A stretch of 64,000 nt of DNA from Candidatus Kerfeldbacteria bacterium. GTDB lineage: Bacteria; Patescibacteriota; Patescibacteriia; UBA9570; XYC2-FULL-38-9. Shown here piece after piece: positions 26,738 to 36,165 of this stretch; within the stretch, counting starts at the first letter, position 1, and every line of letters starts with the position of its first letter. The notes beneath the pieces are model-generated. The model saw only the letters and a program-made list of their open reading frames with translations, was not told where the DNA came from and did no database searches. The stretch covers positions 1,185-65,184 of the forward strand of contig JBDRKW010000020.1 in NCBI GenBank assembly GCA_043813585.1, given 5' to 3'. Position numbers and translations under genes: made by a program.

Positions 26738-27491
26738 GGTTTTGGTTTACTTGTTTTTTATCGTATCGATGGAACATCCGGTAGGCAAGTACGGCGGATG
26801 ATAGTGCGTAAAAAGTTTCCAGAACAGCATAAACGATCACCCCGACATGCGCAAGATTCAGCAGGCCGAACACCGTAAAGAGCAGTACGCGATCCGAAAG
26901 CTTGAACAGCACCGAGTGTTTCAGCGTCCGCATCAGCTGGCTGCCCGAATCGGATGCAATAGGCGAGTGCGCGGCATCTTTTTGGCCTTCCTGTTCCAGT
27001 TTGAAGTTGTCGCGGTTCAGCGCGGTGATGTTGCGCATAAACTGGAAGGTGATTGCCGCAAATGCCGCAATAAATATCCACCAGATCTGCTTGTCGGAAA
27101 CAATAAATGCGCCGTAGGCAAATCCAAACAGGACGGCGGCGTCCTTGAGTTTGTCGCTATGGTAGTCAAACCAGTGGCCCATTTTTGACTGCAGCCCTTT
27201 CAGCCGCGACAGCTGCCCGTCGCAGCAGTCGAATATGAATGAAACATGCAGGGTTATTATGCCGGCAACCAGGTATTCATAGGTCCCCACGGAAAAAAGG
27301 TACGCCGCGCCCAGGCCGAGCACGAGCGACGCTGCGGTAAAGTGGTTCGGCTTCAGCGGCAAACGCCGTGTTGCGCGCACAATCAGGTTTGCAACCTGCG
27401 CAGAAAAGTAATACGCAAGAACACCGTCCTCCTTTTTGATGACGCTTCTTGGATTGATGGGAGTTTGCGCCCGGTTATCCATTGTCTGCAT
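26727..27491 (-). CDS. CDP-alcohol phosphatidyltransferase family protein
   Basis: The protein has the signature DCCDGQLSRLKGLQSKMGHWFDYHSDKLKD and is a polytopic membrane protein. Confidence 0.8.
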   Translation of the reverse strand: MQTMDNRAQTPINPRSVIKKEDGVLAYYFSAQVANLIVRATRRLPLKPNHFTAASLVLGLGAAYLFSVGTYEYLVAGIITLHVSFIFDCCDGQLSRLKGLQSKMGHWFDYHSDKLKDAAVLFGFAYGAFIVSDKQIWWIFIAAFAAITFQFMRNITALNRDNFKLEQEGQKDAAHSPIASDSGSQLMRTLKHSVLFKLSDRVLLFTVFGLLNLAHVGVIVYAVLETFYALSSAVLAYRMFHRYDKKQVNQNHAD

Positions 27492-28551
27492 TCTTGATTG
27501 CTTGGTTGAGCTCCGCCACGCGCTGCTCCGCCTCTTTCTTATTCATATTCAGCTTCTCCAATATTGTATACCGCTCCGGGCGCGTCTCCGGTGCCTTGAG
27601 CAGCACCTCGACGAACTGTTCATCCGACAAGCCGAGCTTTGAATGGTGTGCCGGCATATCGACCGCGTGCAAAAAATTCAGAAATTCTGCTATCGGCTCG
27701 TCGCGCAGGAATGCGGCAACAAGCGTGCCGTAGCAGACCTGAAGCCCGTGGAGCGAGCTGCCGGGATATAACAAGTCGATCGCGTGCGAGATCTCATGCT
27801 CTGCTCCGGAACAGGGACGGGAATTGCCGGCAATGTTCATGGCGATACCCGAAAGGATCAGGCCGTGCACCAGTTTTTCTAAAAAGTCCCCGCTCCGAAG
27901 ATCAATAGAGGACCCTCTGCAGGTGTCAAAAATGAGCTCTGCGCTGGAATACGCCATTGAAGCGGCAAAGTCATCCATGCGCTCTTTCCCTTGTGCATAG
28001 GCGAGTTTCCAATCCGCGATTGCGGAATAATTCGATACCAGATCGCCGATGCCCGCTTTGATATTATTGACCGGCGCAGTGGTGAGGAGCTTCGTATCAA
28101 CAAGGATGCCGATCGGCATGTTCACGCCAATGCTTTCCGTTTTCCCTTGCTCATTCACGAGTACGGCAACAGGGGAGCAGATACCGTCATTGGACGGCGA
28201 GGTCGGTATGGAAATATAGTTCACGCCCGCTTTGGTTGCGGCATACTTGCCGAGGTCAATGACGCGGCCGCCGCCGATGCTGACCACGAGGTCGTTGCCT
28301 TTGTCGCGGATTTCCGCGGCAAGGTTGTTGCCCTCTTCAATGGAGCTTTCCGAAAACAGGACGGTTGCCGGGTCGCCGAGCGCATGGACCGCATCATTGC
28401 CGCCGAGTTCAAGGATATGTTCTTCGGAAATGACCAGCGGCTTCTGGAAATGCAGGTGATGCTCGTCCAAAATCGAACGGATCATCGAAAGCGAACCGGT
28501 TTCGATCTTGATAAACAGCGGAATCTGGATTGTACGGAGAATCGTTGCCAT
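27475..28551 (-). CDS. glycerol-1-phosphate dehydrogenase (G1PDH/AraM/EgsA family; DHQS-like Fe-ADH superfamily)
   Basis: The protein has GGGRVIDLGKYAA (the NAD(P)-binding GGG motif), IPTSPSNDGICSP (the G1PDH-type PTxxSxDGxxSP substrate/metal motif) and SGAEHEISH (a metal-binding His pair). It is 358 aa. Confidence 0.65.
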   Translation of the reverse strand: MATILRTIQIPLFIKIETGSLSMIRSILDEHHLHFQKPLVISEEHILELGGNDAVHALGDPATVLFSESSIEEGNNLAAEIRDKGNDLVVSIGGGRVIDLGKYAATKAGVNYISIPTSPSNDGICSPVAVLVNEQGKTESIGVNMPIGILVDTKLLTTAPVNNIKAGIGDLVSNYSAIADWKLAYAQGKERMDDFAASMAYSSAELIFDTCRGSSIDLRSGDFLEKLVHGLILSGIAMNIAGNSRPCSGAEHEISHAIDLLYPGSSLHGLQVCYGTLVAAFLRDEPIAEFLNFLHAVDMPAHHSKLGLSDEQFVEVLLKAPETRPERYTILEKLNMNKKEAEQRVAELNQAIKNADNG

Positions 28552-29282
28552 TAGAAATCGTTGATCAGCGAATTGGCTCGCTTTAAATCCTCATGCGTAT
28601 CAATTTCCATGCAGGGCATGCCGTTGGTCGACAGCGGCTTTACGACAACGCCATGGTCTTCAATCATGCGCTGGATGCCGTCTTCATAATATAGTGAATC
28701 ATCGTCAGAGATCGTCTTGTCGAGAGCATCGAGCAGCTGGTCCTTGATATCTTTCGTCAGCTTCATGACGCCGATATACTCGCCGTGCGACTCATCGGGC
28801 GAAAGGCTCTTATGGATATGGGCGATCGATTCCTCTTCATTGGTGATGACTTTCATCTCTTCGTCTCCCAGCTCCTTCACGTCGTCCACCACCATCGCAT
28901 TGCCGTATTCAGATTCGATCAGCCGGCGCAAAATATCAGCATGGAAAATCGTGTCAGAATTAATCAGGATAAAGTCCTCGTCAAACACCTCGTGCGCGCA
29001 TCGCATCGAAACAATGTTGCCGGCCGCATCAAACTTGTCGTTATAGATCAGGTTGATATTGATGTCAGGGTATTTCTTTTGGTACTCGGTCGCAAATTCT
29101 TCAATAGCAGGATGCCCGTGGCCGGTGACAATATCAAAATGGTCCAGCCCGGCCTCGCGCGCTGTATCCAAAATATGGTCAAGAATGGTCTTTTCACCGA
29201 TTCGAAGAAGGGTCTTTGGGATGTCCTTGGTGAGCGGGAGCAGCCGCTTGGCGCTGCCGGCCGCCATGATTATTGTTCTCAT
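28551..29282 (-). CDS. sugar/alcohol-phosphate nucleotidyltransferase (NTP_transferase family)
   Basis: The N-terminus is IMAAGSAKRLLPLTKDIPKTLL (GxGxRLxPLT). The protein is 243 aa. It overlaps the G1PDH gene by 1 nt. Confidence 0.75.
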   Translation of the reverse strand: MRTIIMAAGSAKRLLPLTKDIPKTLLRIGEKTILDHILDTAREAGLDHFDIVTGHGHPAIEEFATEYQKKYPDININLIYNDKFDAAGNIVSMRCAHEVFDEDFILINSDTIFHADILRRLIESEYGNAMVVDDVKELGDEEMKVITNEEESIAHIHKSLSPDESHGEYIGVMKLTKDIKDQLLDALDKTISDDDSLYYEDGIQRMIEDHGVVVKPLSTNGMPCMEIDTHEDLKRANSLINDF

Positions 29283-30724
29283 GAGCTTTTCTTGCTTAAC
29301 GCCTCCTTAAGGATGTTTTTGTCATACGGCGTAAAAAAGCGGAACAACCAGAGCAATCCGGTGTATGCCGCCATGCCGAAAATCACGAGGACTATAACAT
29401 GAACGTACGGTTTTATCAAGGCCAGTAAACCGAGCATTCCGGCGGTTGCAAGGAAGACGGGAATGAACGAACGCATACTTGCAAACAGCGATTCCCGCAG
29501 GTAGCGTCCTGACAGGTAAATATACGAACCGGCGATAAGGCATTCAGTGATAAGGGTTGCAATTGCAGCGCCCCGGGCGCCGTATTTTGAAATAAGATAT
29601 ATATCAAGAACGATGTTGACGCCCACTGAAGCGATCTGGATGCCCGCGCGCAGGCCCTGGCGGTCAGTAGTAGTCATGGAATTGCCCTGGCTGATGCCGA
29701 AGAACCGAATCGCCATGAACCATCCCATGATTTGCAGCACGACCACGGACGCAAGATATTCTTCCCCATAGACGAATCCGGTGATTTCCGGCGCCAATAA
29801 CCACAACCCGACTCCCGCCGGCAGGCCGAATGCGGCAAGGTACCGCCAGATCGTGCGGTTGATGCGCTTGTATTTTTCAATATTATCCCTGCTGTAGCGG
29901 TACATGATCGGCATCGTGACCTGGAAGACCATGAGCGGGATGAACAAAAATGCGGATACCAGCTTTGCAGATGCGGAATAGATGCCCACTTCGGTCTTGT
30001 CGCGCATGATCGAGAGGATGATCTGGTCGATCTGGAAGTAGAGCATGAAGAACATGTTGTACAGGGTGAACACGTACGACTGTTTTATCATGGGCCAGAT
30101 CTGGCGCGCGGAAAATGCCGGCCGGACGAATTTGAACGTATAGAGCAGAAGCGCTATGACGATAAACACGTCGATCCACAAGCGGGAATGGGCGATTGCC
30201 AGCAGGCCGGTGTCCTTATCGGCGACTGCATAGATAATCCACGCCGTTATCAGGAAATAGAGCACGCCATTGAGGATCTCGAGTAGCGCAACCGTTTTCA
30301 GCTGAAGGAACACGCGGAAGATGCCGCGCGCGACCTTGCGGAATTCGAACGCAAGTCCGGCCGCGCCGAGGACCGCCATGAGCGTGATAGTGGTAGCGTC
30401 GTAGTGCAGCCCAAACCCAATGCCGATAATGGCGGCATATAATACGAGCGAACAAAGCACTTCAACAACAAGCGTATTGCCGAAATAGACCGCCATCTTT
30501 TTTTCGTCGCGCGCCGCCTCGCGCACGATCAGCGTGCTCATCCCGATGTCATTCAGCGCCAAAAATGCGTTTGCCCATGCAAGCGCCGTTTCGAACATGC
30601 CGAACCGGTCCACGCCAAGGTAGCGCGCCGCATAGATCATGACCGCGGCCGTCAGGAAGCGGAACACAACGCGCGCGACCATGAGGTACGAAACATTCTT
30701 AAAGACCTTTTTTGTAAGGCTCAT
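29279..30724 (-). CDS. polysaccharide/oligosaccharide flippase (Wzx-like, MOP superfamily)
   Basis: The protein is 481 aa with about 12-14 TM helices, as in the polysaccharide-biosynthesis-protein family. It overlaps its neighbours by 4 nt. Confidence 0.7.
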   Translation of the reverse strand: MSLTKKVFKNVSYLMVARVVFRFLTAAVMIYAARYLGVDRFGMFETALAWANAFLALNDIGMSTLIVREAARDEKKMAVYFGNTLVVEVLCSLVLYAAIIGIGFGLHYDATTITLMAVLGAAGLAFEFRKVARGIFRVFLQLKTVALLEILNGVLYFLITAWIIYAVADKDTGLLAIAHSRLWIDVFIVIALLLYTFKFVRPAFSARQIWPMIKQSYVFTLYNMFFMLYFQIDQIILSIMRDKTEVGIYSASAKLVSAFLFIPLMVFQVTMPIMYRYSRDNIEKYKRINRTIWRYLAAFGLPAGVGLWLLAPEITGFVYGEEYLASVVVLQIMGWFMAIRFFGISQGNSMTTTDRQGLRAGIQIASVGVNIVLDIYLISKYGARGAAIATLITECLIAGSYIYLSGRYLRESLFASMRSFIPVFLATAGMLGLLALIKPYVHVIVLVIFGMAAYTGLLWLFRFFTPYDKNILKEALSKKSS

Positions 30725-31803
30725 TAATATTTGAGTAGTGAATCGAATACGGACCGGTATGATTCAGCGACGTCGTCCCATCGGAAATGGCTGACAGTGT
30801 ATTCCCGCGCGCGCTGTCCGAATGCGCGGCGCTCTTCCACATCTGCCGCCCATTCGCGCAGTACCGCAGCAAACTGTTCCGGCTGTTCCGCATCTACGAG
30901 CCTGCCGTTTTGTCCGTCGTAAATCGCGTCAGTGATCCCTTCAAGCCGGGAGGCCACAACAGGAAGGCCGGCTGCTGCCGCTTCCACTGCAACAAAGCCG
31001 AAACCCTCGACATCGTCCTTCTCGTCAATATTCGGCATCACGAATGCGTCAGCTCCGGAGTATAAGTTTGTGAGTAATTCGTTATCAATGCCGCCCAGCA
31101 GCGTAACTGACTGTTGCAGTTTTGTTTCCTCTATTGCCCGTTCGATCGATTCGCGCTCCGGACCGTCAGATGCAATGACAAACAGTGGAGAGAGATTATC
31201 AAGCAGCGGCATTACCGACCGGACAAACCATTCAATGCCCTTCCGCCGCACCAGGCGCCCGACAGAAAGAATAATAAACTGGTTGTCGCAGCCGTCATCC
31301 GTGCTCATCATCCTGCAGAGCGCGCTGCGCGCTTCATTCCGGTCGCGCATCTGCGGTGGGGTGACGCCATGGGGAATGCACTTAATTTTTTCTTCGGGAA
31401 CGCCTCGCTCCATTAACAGCGAACGCGTGTTTTCGCTTACGCAGACAAACCGGTCCACTGAAGGCAGGGAAGCATTGATCATCCATGTGTACAACGGCCC
31501 CATTTTTTTATAGGTGAGTTCAAGTCCGTGAACGGTGGCAACCACCGGTCTTGGGGTGAACACCTTTAGTATTCGTGCAACCGGTGCAAGGACCAGGTCG
31601 CCCAAGTGGTACGCGTCCGCTTTTTTACGGAGCCCGATCGCCTTAATCGCTAGCAGGGGGATAACCCATATGATGTCTGCCTGGCGCTTCCCGCGTGCAA
31701 TAACAGTTTTTTCATCGCTAAAATGGCGTATCAGCTCGTAGCTAAACGTCTCCATGCCGCCCTTTTGAGGCGGGTATTTGCGGGTGAGAAAAACGATATG
31801 CAT
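30724..31803 (-). CDS. glycosyltransferase, family 4 (GT-B fold)
   Basis: The protein has an N-terminal GT4 domain (IVFLTRKYPPQKGGMETF) and a C-terminal motif EGFGFVAVEAAAAGLPVVAS. Confidence 0.85.
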   Translation of the reverse strand: MHIVFLTRKYPPQKGGMETFSYELIRHFSDEKTVIARGKRQADIIWVIPLLAIKAIGLRKKADAYHLGDLVLAPVARILKVFTPRPVVATVHGLELTYKKMGPLYTWMINASLPSVDRFVCVSENTRSLLMERGVPEEKIKCIPHGVTPPQMRDRNEARSALCRMMSTDDGCDNQFIILSVGRLVRRKGIEWFVRSVMPLLDNLSPLFVIASDGPERESIERAIEETKLQQSVTLLGGIDNELLTNLYSGADAFVMPNIDEKDDVEGFGFVAVEAAAAGLPVVASRLEGITDAIYDGQNGRLVDAEQPEQFAAVLREWAADVEERRAFGQRAREYTVSHFRWDDVAESYRSVFDSLLKY

Positions 31804-31821
31804 ATGCGGTCTATCCGTGAA

Positions 31822-31849
31822 ATTCTACCAAAAATCGCCAAAAATTCAA
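31822..31849 (-). promoter_or_regulatory. sigma70-like promoter on the minus strand (TTGAAT-N16-TGgTAGAAT) for the GT4/flippase/NTase/G1PDH operon
   Basis: The reverse complement of 31822-31849 reads TTGAAT..16 nt..TAGAAT with a TG at the extended -10 position, about 20 nt upstream of the ATG at 31803. Confidence 0.5.
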
Positions 31850-31921
31850 GTGTAGGGGGATCATGCAAGTGAAGTGGCTGCTGTCTTGAGAAACCGGAGA
31901 TCATCTGCTACACTATGTCTG

Positions 31922-33988
31922 ATGAAATTCAAGGAACTATCCTACAACATCAGTATAGCGGCAGCCGTTGTCAGTGCCATTGCCCTGGCTTGGTTGGCGC
32001 TTTTTCCGACCCCGTTAGACCTGTTTTCATGGACCGTACCCGCCTGGCTGCTTGTGGCATTCCTCGCCGCACTTTGTTCCGGAAGCATAGGGCTGGTGGC
32101 GCGGCAATCGGACCGCCGTTTTGGTTTTCTCCTCGCGTTGCATATTGTCCCTGCGCTCAGCATCAGCCAGGCCAGGGGGATGCTCAGCCCTGGAACCGAC
32201 GGCCAGGAGCTCGTGCTGAGCGTGCTGTGGGCTGTTGCGGTGGTGGAGCTGGCGTACGAAGCGCGCCCGCAGTTGTTTGAAGGCCTTACTTGGAAAGCGC
32301 TGACCGCGTTTGCCGTATCGCTAACAGTCATCTGGAGTGTGTTTGTCCATCTTGCGAGGTTCAATGCCGACTCCATACTCATTAACGGATTCCTGGTGCT
32401 TGCCTGGGCTGCCGTTGTCCGCTGGATGCCCGATAGGGGCGAAGGAAAAGATAATAAAAAACAATTCATCCATTTGGTCTGGACTGCGTGCATCGGGATC
32501 ATCGTCTTATGGGGCGCATGGCTGCGCATTGCGGCGGTGGATACGTTCGCATTCCAGAATGACGAGTACTACCACGTTGAAGCGGCTGCCGGCTACCTTG
32601 AAACAGGGGAATACAAATTATGGAATTTCGTTTTCAATGAGCCGGAGGAGGAATACGATCGCGCATGGGTCTACACATGGCAGGTTGCGCAAAGCTTTAA
32701 ATTATTCGGCTTTTCAGAAGTAAGCGGACGCCTGCCGACGCTGTTATGGGGGCTGTTTTTTCTGGCGCTGGTGCCGCTGTTGGCCTATTCATGGACACGA
32801 TCACGAGGTGTGGCATTCTTGGCAACCGCAATCGCGGCATTTGATAACGGATTCGTATGGGCATGTACCTACTCGCGCATGTATACCATGCTCCAGGTGC
32901 TCATACTGGCGGGCGTGTGGTGTTTCTGGATGGCGCTGCGCAATGTCAAGCGCAAGCGGCCCTGGACGCGATGGCTCTGGCTTGCCGCAGCCGTTCTACT
33001 TGTTCTGGCAGCTGCGTACATTCATGCAAGCGGCCTCCTCATCTTCGGGGGCATGGCCGTAGCGATATGGCTGTTATATTTCTTCAACAGAACAAACACA
33101 TGGTACAGATTGTTGTCCATTCTTTTTATCGCGGGCTCGTTTGCGGCAATTCTTTACAGCAAACTCCAGTCGCAGATTTGGCTGAATCTCATCACTGTAC
33201 GCAAAGAAGCGGCCGTGCAGTATCTCGCGTATCCGTTCCAGGACCTGGTCATCACCATACTCGGCATGATCCTGTTTATCGTGGCATTCATTGCGTACAA
33301 AAAAGAGAAGCTCCCGACATGGCTTATCATCGCCGGTTCCACAACAATCCCAGCAGTGATCTATTTCACCTACTTTGCCGGAAGGTATGGCGCCAGAAAA
33401 TACAGCCTCTTTTTCCTTGTCTTCATCTACATCGCAATCGCATGGGTATGGAATCGGGTACTGCGTCAGTGGACCGCACATTCATGGAAACGATTGGTTA
33501 TTGGTACGTTCATTACAGTATGGGTATTTGTTCCGATTTCCATCCCGGGCGTGGAGGGATCGTTCGTGACGCGGACGGCGCGTGCCGACCTGACCTATAG
33601 AGATGTAGGCCTGCATGATTACAAAATCGCCTATGCAGCTGTTCAGGAAGAGGCGAAGACAGATGACGCCATCGTCATTCTTGCGCCGCGGTCCTATTAC
33701 CTCTACCGGACGGATGTTGATTATTTCATCATGCCGGTGAACAACGCCATGACAGTGGAGATGCTCGAAGAGGTGATGACGCAGAAAGCACGCGGCTGGG
33801 TTATTTGGCCGCGGTTCAAGGAGTTTCACCTCTCCAGGAAATTCACCAATTATGTCAAAGACAACCTGCACCCCTTTGAAGGCACAAAAGGAACGCAGGT
33901 TCGCGTCTATTACTGGGACCGCGTCCAGGACGCGCTCGATCAGATTGATCAGATTAAAGAGCTGGAATCGGAACGCACTGAAGAATAG
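31922..33988 (+). CDS. GT-C family membrane glycosyltransferase (ArnT/PMT/GT39-like)
   Basis: The start was tentatively set at the ATG at 31922; the track has a GTG at 31874. The protein has more than 12 TM helices and a DE motif in the first periplasmic loop (AFQNDEYYHVEAAAGY). A large C-terminal soluble domain follows. Confidence 0.65.
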   Translation: MKFKELSYNISIAAAVVSAIALAWLALFPTPLDLFSWTVPAWLLVAFLAALCSGSIGLVARQSDRRFGFLLALHIVPALSISQARGMLSPGTDGQELVLSVLWAVAVVELAYEARPQLFEGLTWKALTAFAVSLTVIWSVFVHLARFNADSILINGFLVLAWAAVVRWMPDRGEGKDNKKQFIHLVWTACIGIIVLWGAWLRIAAVDTFAFQNDEYYHVEAAAGYLETGEYKLWNFVFNEPEEEYDRAWVYTWQVAQSFKLFGFSEVSGRLPTLLWGLFFLALVPLLAYSWTRSRGVAFLATAIAAFDNGFVWACTYSRMYTMLQVLILAGVWCFWMALRNVKRKRPWTRWLWLAAAVLLVLAAAYIHASGLLIFGGMAVAIWLLYFFNRTNTWYRLLSILFIAGSFAAILYSKLQSQIWLNLITVRKEAAVQYLAYPFQDLVITILGMILFIVAFIAYKKEKLPTWLIIAGSTTIPAVIYFTYFAGRYGARKYSLFFLVFIYIAIAWVWNRVLRQWTAHSWKRLVIGTFITVWVFVPISIPGVEGSFVTRTARADLTYRDVGLHDYKIAYAAVQEEAKTDDAIVILAPRSYYLYRTDVDYFIMPVNNAMTVEMLEEVMTQKARGWVIWPRFKEFHLSRKFTNYVKDNLHPFEGTKGTQVRVYYWDRVQDALDQIDQIKELESERTEE

Positions 33989-35103
33989 AGTGCAAGATAT
34001 TGGTCAGCTACAGCCTTCCATGACAATGAGCGCGCTGCTGCAAGGCCTTTTTTTGAAAGCTCGGTCCGCAGATCAGGATTTTCAATAAGGCGCACGAGCG
34101 CAGATGCAATTACTGAGGACGATGCGGTTTCAACGATAATTCCGCAGTCCCCGACTAATTCTCGTGCTCCGGTATTTGTCGTTATGACGGGCACGCCGCT
34201 TGCCATTGCTTCCAGCACAACATTGCCCAGCGCTTCAGTGAGTGACGGCAGAACAATTACGTCTGACTGGCGGTAGAGCGCCGGCAGCTGATCATAGGCG
34301 ACGTTGCCATGGAATATCACCGATCCTTCAATGCCGAGGGTTTGGACTTGTATCTGTAACTTTTCTTTATCCGGACCGTCACCTGCAATATGCAGCCGAC
34401 TGTTGGGATGCTGCGCTGCAACAGAAGCAAATGCATCCAGTAAGTAGCGTAAACCCTTGCGTTCAACCAAACGGCCGACGTAGAGAATGTTGAAATCGTT
34501 CTTATTCAAGATTGGCCGTTGTGTCATTTGGAACGTGGCACCATCTACGCCGTTTCTGATAATTGAAATCTTCTGTTGCGGAGCGGTCTTGACGGCAAGG
34601 GTGCACAAGCTCTCACTGACCGCAGTAACAGCTTCTGCAGACCGCCAAACCCGGCGGCTCAACCGACGGAAGAGCAGCCGGTCGGGCAACCGAAAGCGAT
34701 CGTTATAGAACGGCACATCGCTTCCCCGGAGAGAAACGATATACGGCAAACCGAGCTTCATTGCGATATACCCGCACGGTATGCCAAAAAAGGCATGCAC
34801 AAGGTCATACTGCCGTTCACGCACTAGCGCTGAACAGTAACGATGCGCCTTGTATGAATAGGCAAGCAGATCCCGGTTGCTTTGGTAATGGAGGCTGCCT
34901 CGTTTTCCAATATCGAGATAGTGTATCGTAATGAATCTGCCCAGATTTTCTGTTTTGAAGTGACCAGTAGAGGAGGTAACGAGATCAACGGTAAGTTCCG
35001 GGTGTGATGCGTATTCCTTCAGTAAAAAATGGTTCGCGGTCGCCGCGCCGCCCCCGAGTGGAGGGTATTCGTAATTAAGAAAGAGGAGAGACAGCGGGCG
35101 CAT
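33949..35103 (-). CDS. glycosyltransferase, family 4 (GT-B fold)
   Basis: The N-terminus LNYEYPPLGGGAATANHF is paralogous to the product of 37145-38278. The C-terminus reads PSLTEALGNVVLEAMASGVPVITTN. Confidence 0.8.
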   Translation of the reverse strand: MRPLSLLFLNYEYPPLGGGAATANHFLLKEYASHPELTVDLVTSSTGHFKTENLGRFITIHYLDIGKRGSLHYQSNRDLLAYSYKAHRYCSALVRERQYDLVHAFFGIPCGYIAMKLGLPYIVSLRGSDVPFYNDRFRLPDRLLFRRLSRRVWRSAEAVTAVSESLCTLAVKTAPQQKISIIRNGVDGATFQMTQRPILNKNDFNILYVGRLVERKGLRYLLDAFASVAAQHPNSRLHIAGDGPDKEKLQIQVQTLGIEGSVIFHGNVAYDQLPALYRQSDVIVLPSLTEALGNVVLEAMASGVPVITTNTGARELVGDCGIIVETASSSVIASALVRLIENPDLRTELSKKGLAAARSLSWKAVADQYLALYSSVRSDSSSLI

Positions 35104-35112
35104 ACACAAAGT

Positions 35113-36165
35113 TCACGTTGATTTCAAATATGCACGCACCTCGACACTCGGATCGCGGGTAAACCGTTTCATGCTGTCCTTCATGTCGCTTTTTTTACGC
35201 GTTGAGTAGATCACGCGGCGTTTGCGGAGCATTGTTGGCGCAAGCAGGAACGCTGCCCCGTAGCCTCGCATTGCCGTGAGAATCATCATCGGCTTGCTCA
35301 GTTTTCTGCTGTGTGCGGCGTTGGCGCCGGCGCTTTTCTTTCTATTTCCTGCATACTGCATATACGCAAAAAAACGGCGATAGAGCAGGGCGATTTTTTT
35401 CAGAAGAACCGTCCAAGGGAAGAGCTTTATAGCGATTAGTAGCTGGTTGCGCGTGATATAATAGGTTTTAAACGCAGACATGGCGCCGGAGGATTGCGAA
35501 TGGAAGTGGTACACGACCGATTTCGGCTCATACATCACGTTCCAGCCGTACAGATGCGCGCGCATTCCCCATTCCGCGTCTTCCCCGTATGAAAAAAGCG
35601 TTTCGTCAAACGCGCCGCACTCTTCAATAACTTCGCGGCGGACGATAAAGGAAGCGCCGCACGGAGCGAATACTTCATTTGCCTCATTCATTTCATCCGG
35701 CTTCATACCGGTTCCGCGGTGGAATCCGCCCAGGTCCGGAGCGGAGAACATGCCGGTGGACTGGATAACCGGAGGGTTGTCAAAGAGGATTTTCGACGTG
35801 ACCATTCCGGTTTTCTCATTCGCTTCAAGGCGCTGCACCAGGTGATGCAGCCAGTTCGGCCTGATCTCCGTATCAATATTGAGGCAGGCGATATATCGTA
35901 TGTGCGGGTTCCTTAATGCCGACTCAAACCCGATATTATTCCCGCGTGCAAACCCGGTATTCTCCTTCAGCGGAATGAGCTGTACATCAGGATATTTCGA
36001 CCGGATGAATTCCAACGATCCGTCAGTCGAGCCGTTATCAACAATCACAACAGTGAACGGAGTGCCGGCGTTTTTATACAGTGCATCAATGCAGGATTGG
36101 AGGAATTTCCTGCCGTTCCAGTTCACTAGAATGACCGCTGTTTCGGCCGCTTGTTGCGTTTTCAT
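35113..36165 (-). CDS. glycosyltransferase, family 2 (WbbL/rhamnosyltransferase-like)
   Basis: The start was re-assigned to MKTQQ, giving an ATGA overlap with the upstream sulfotransferase. The protein has VILVNWNGRKFL..VVIVDNGSTDGS (GT2) and a DxD-type GED/DAE region. Confidence 0.75.
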   Translation of the reverse strand: MKTQQAAETAVILVNWNGRKFLQSCIDALYKNAGTPFTVVIVDNGSTDGSLEFIRSKYPDVQLIPLKENTGFARGNNIGFESALRNPHIRYIACLNIDTEIRPNWLHHLVQRLEANEKTGMVTSKILFDNPPVIQSTGMFSAPDLGGFHRGTGMKPDEMNEANEVFAPCGASFIVRREVIEECGAFDETLFSYGEDAEWGMRAHLYGWNVMYEPKSVVYHFHSQSSGAMSAFKTYYITRNQLLIAIKLFPWTVLLKKIALLYRRFFAYMQYAGNRKKSAGANAAHSRKLSKPMMILTAMRGYGAAFLLAPTMLRKRRVIYSTRKKSDMKDSMKRFTRDPSVEVRAYLKST

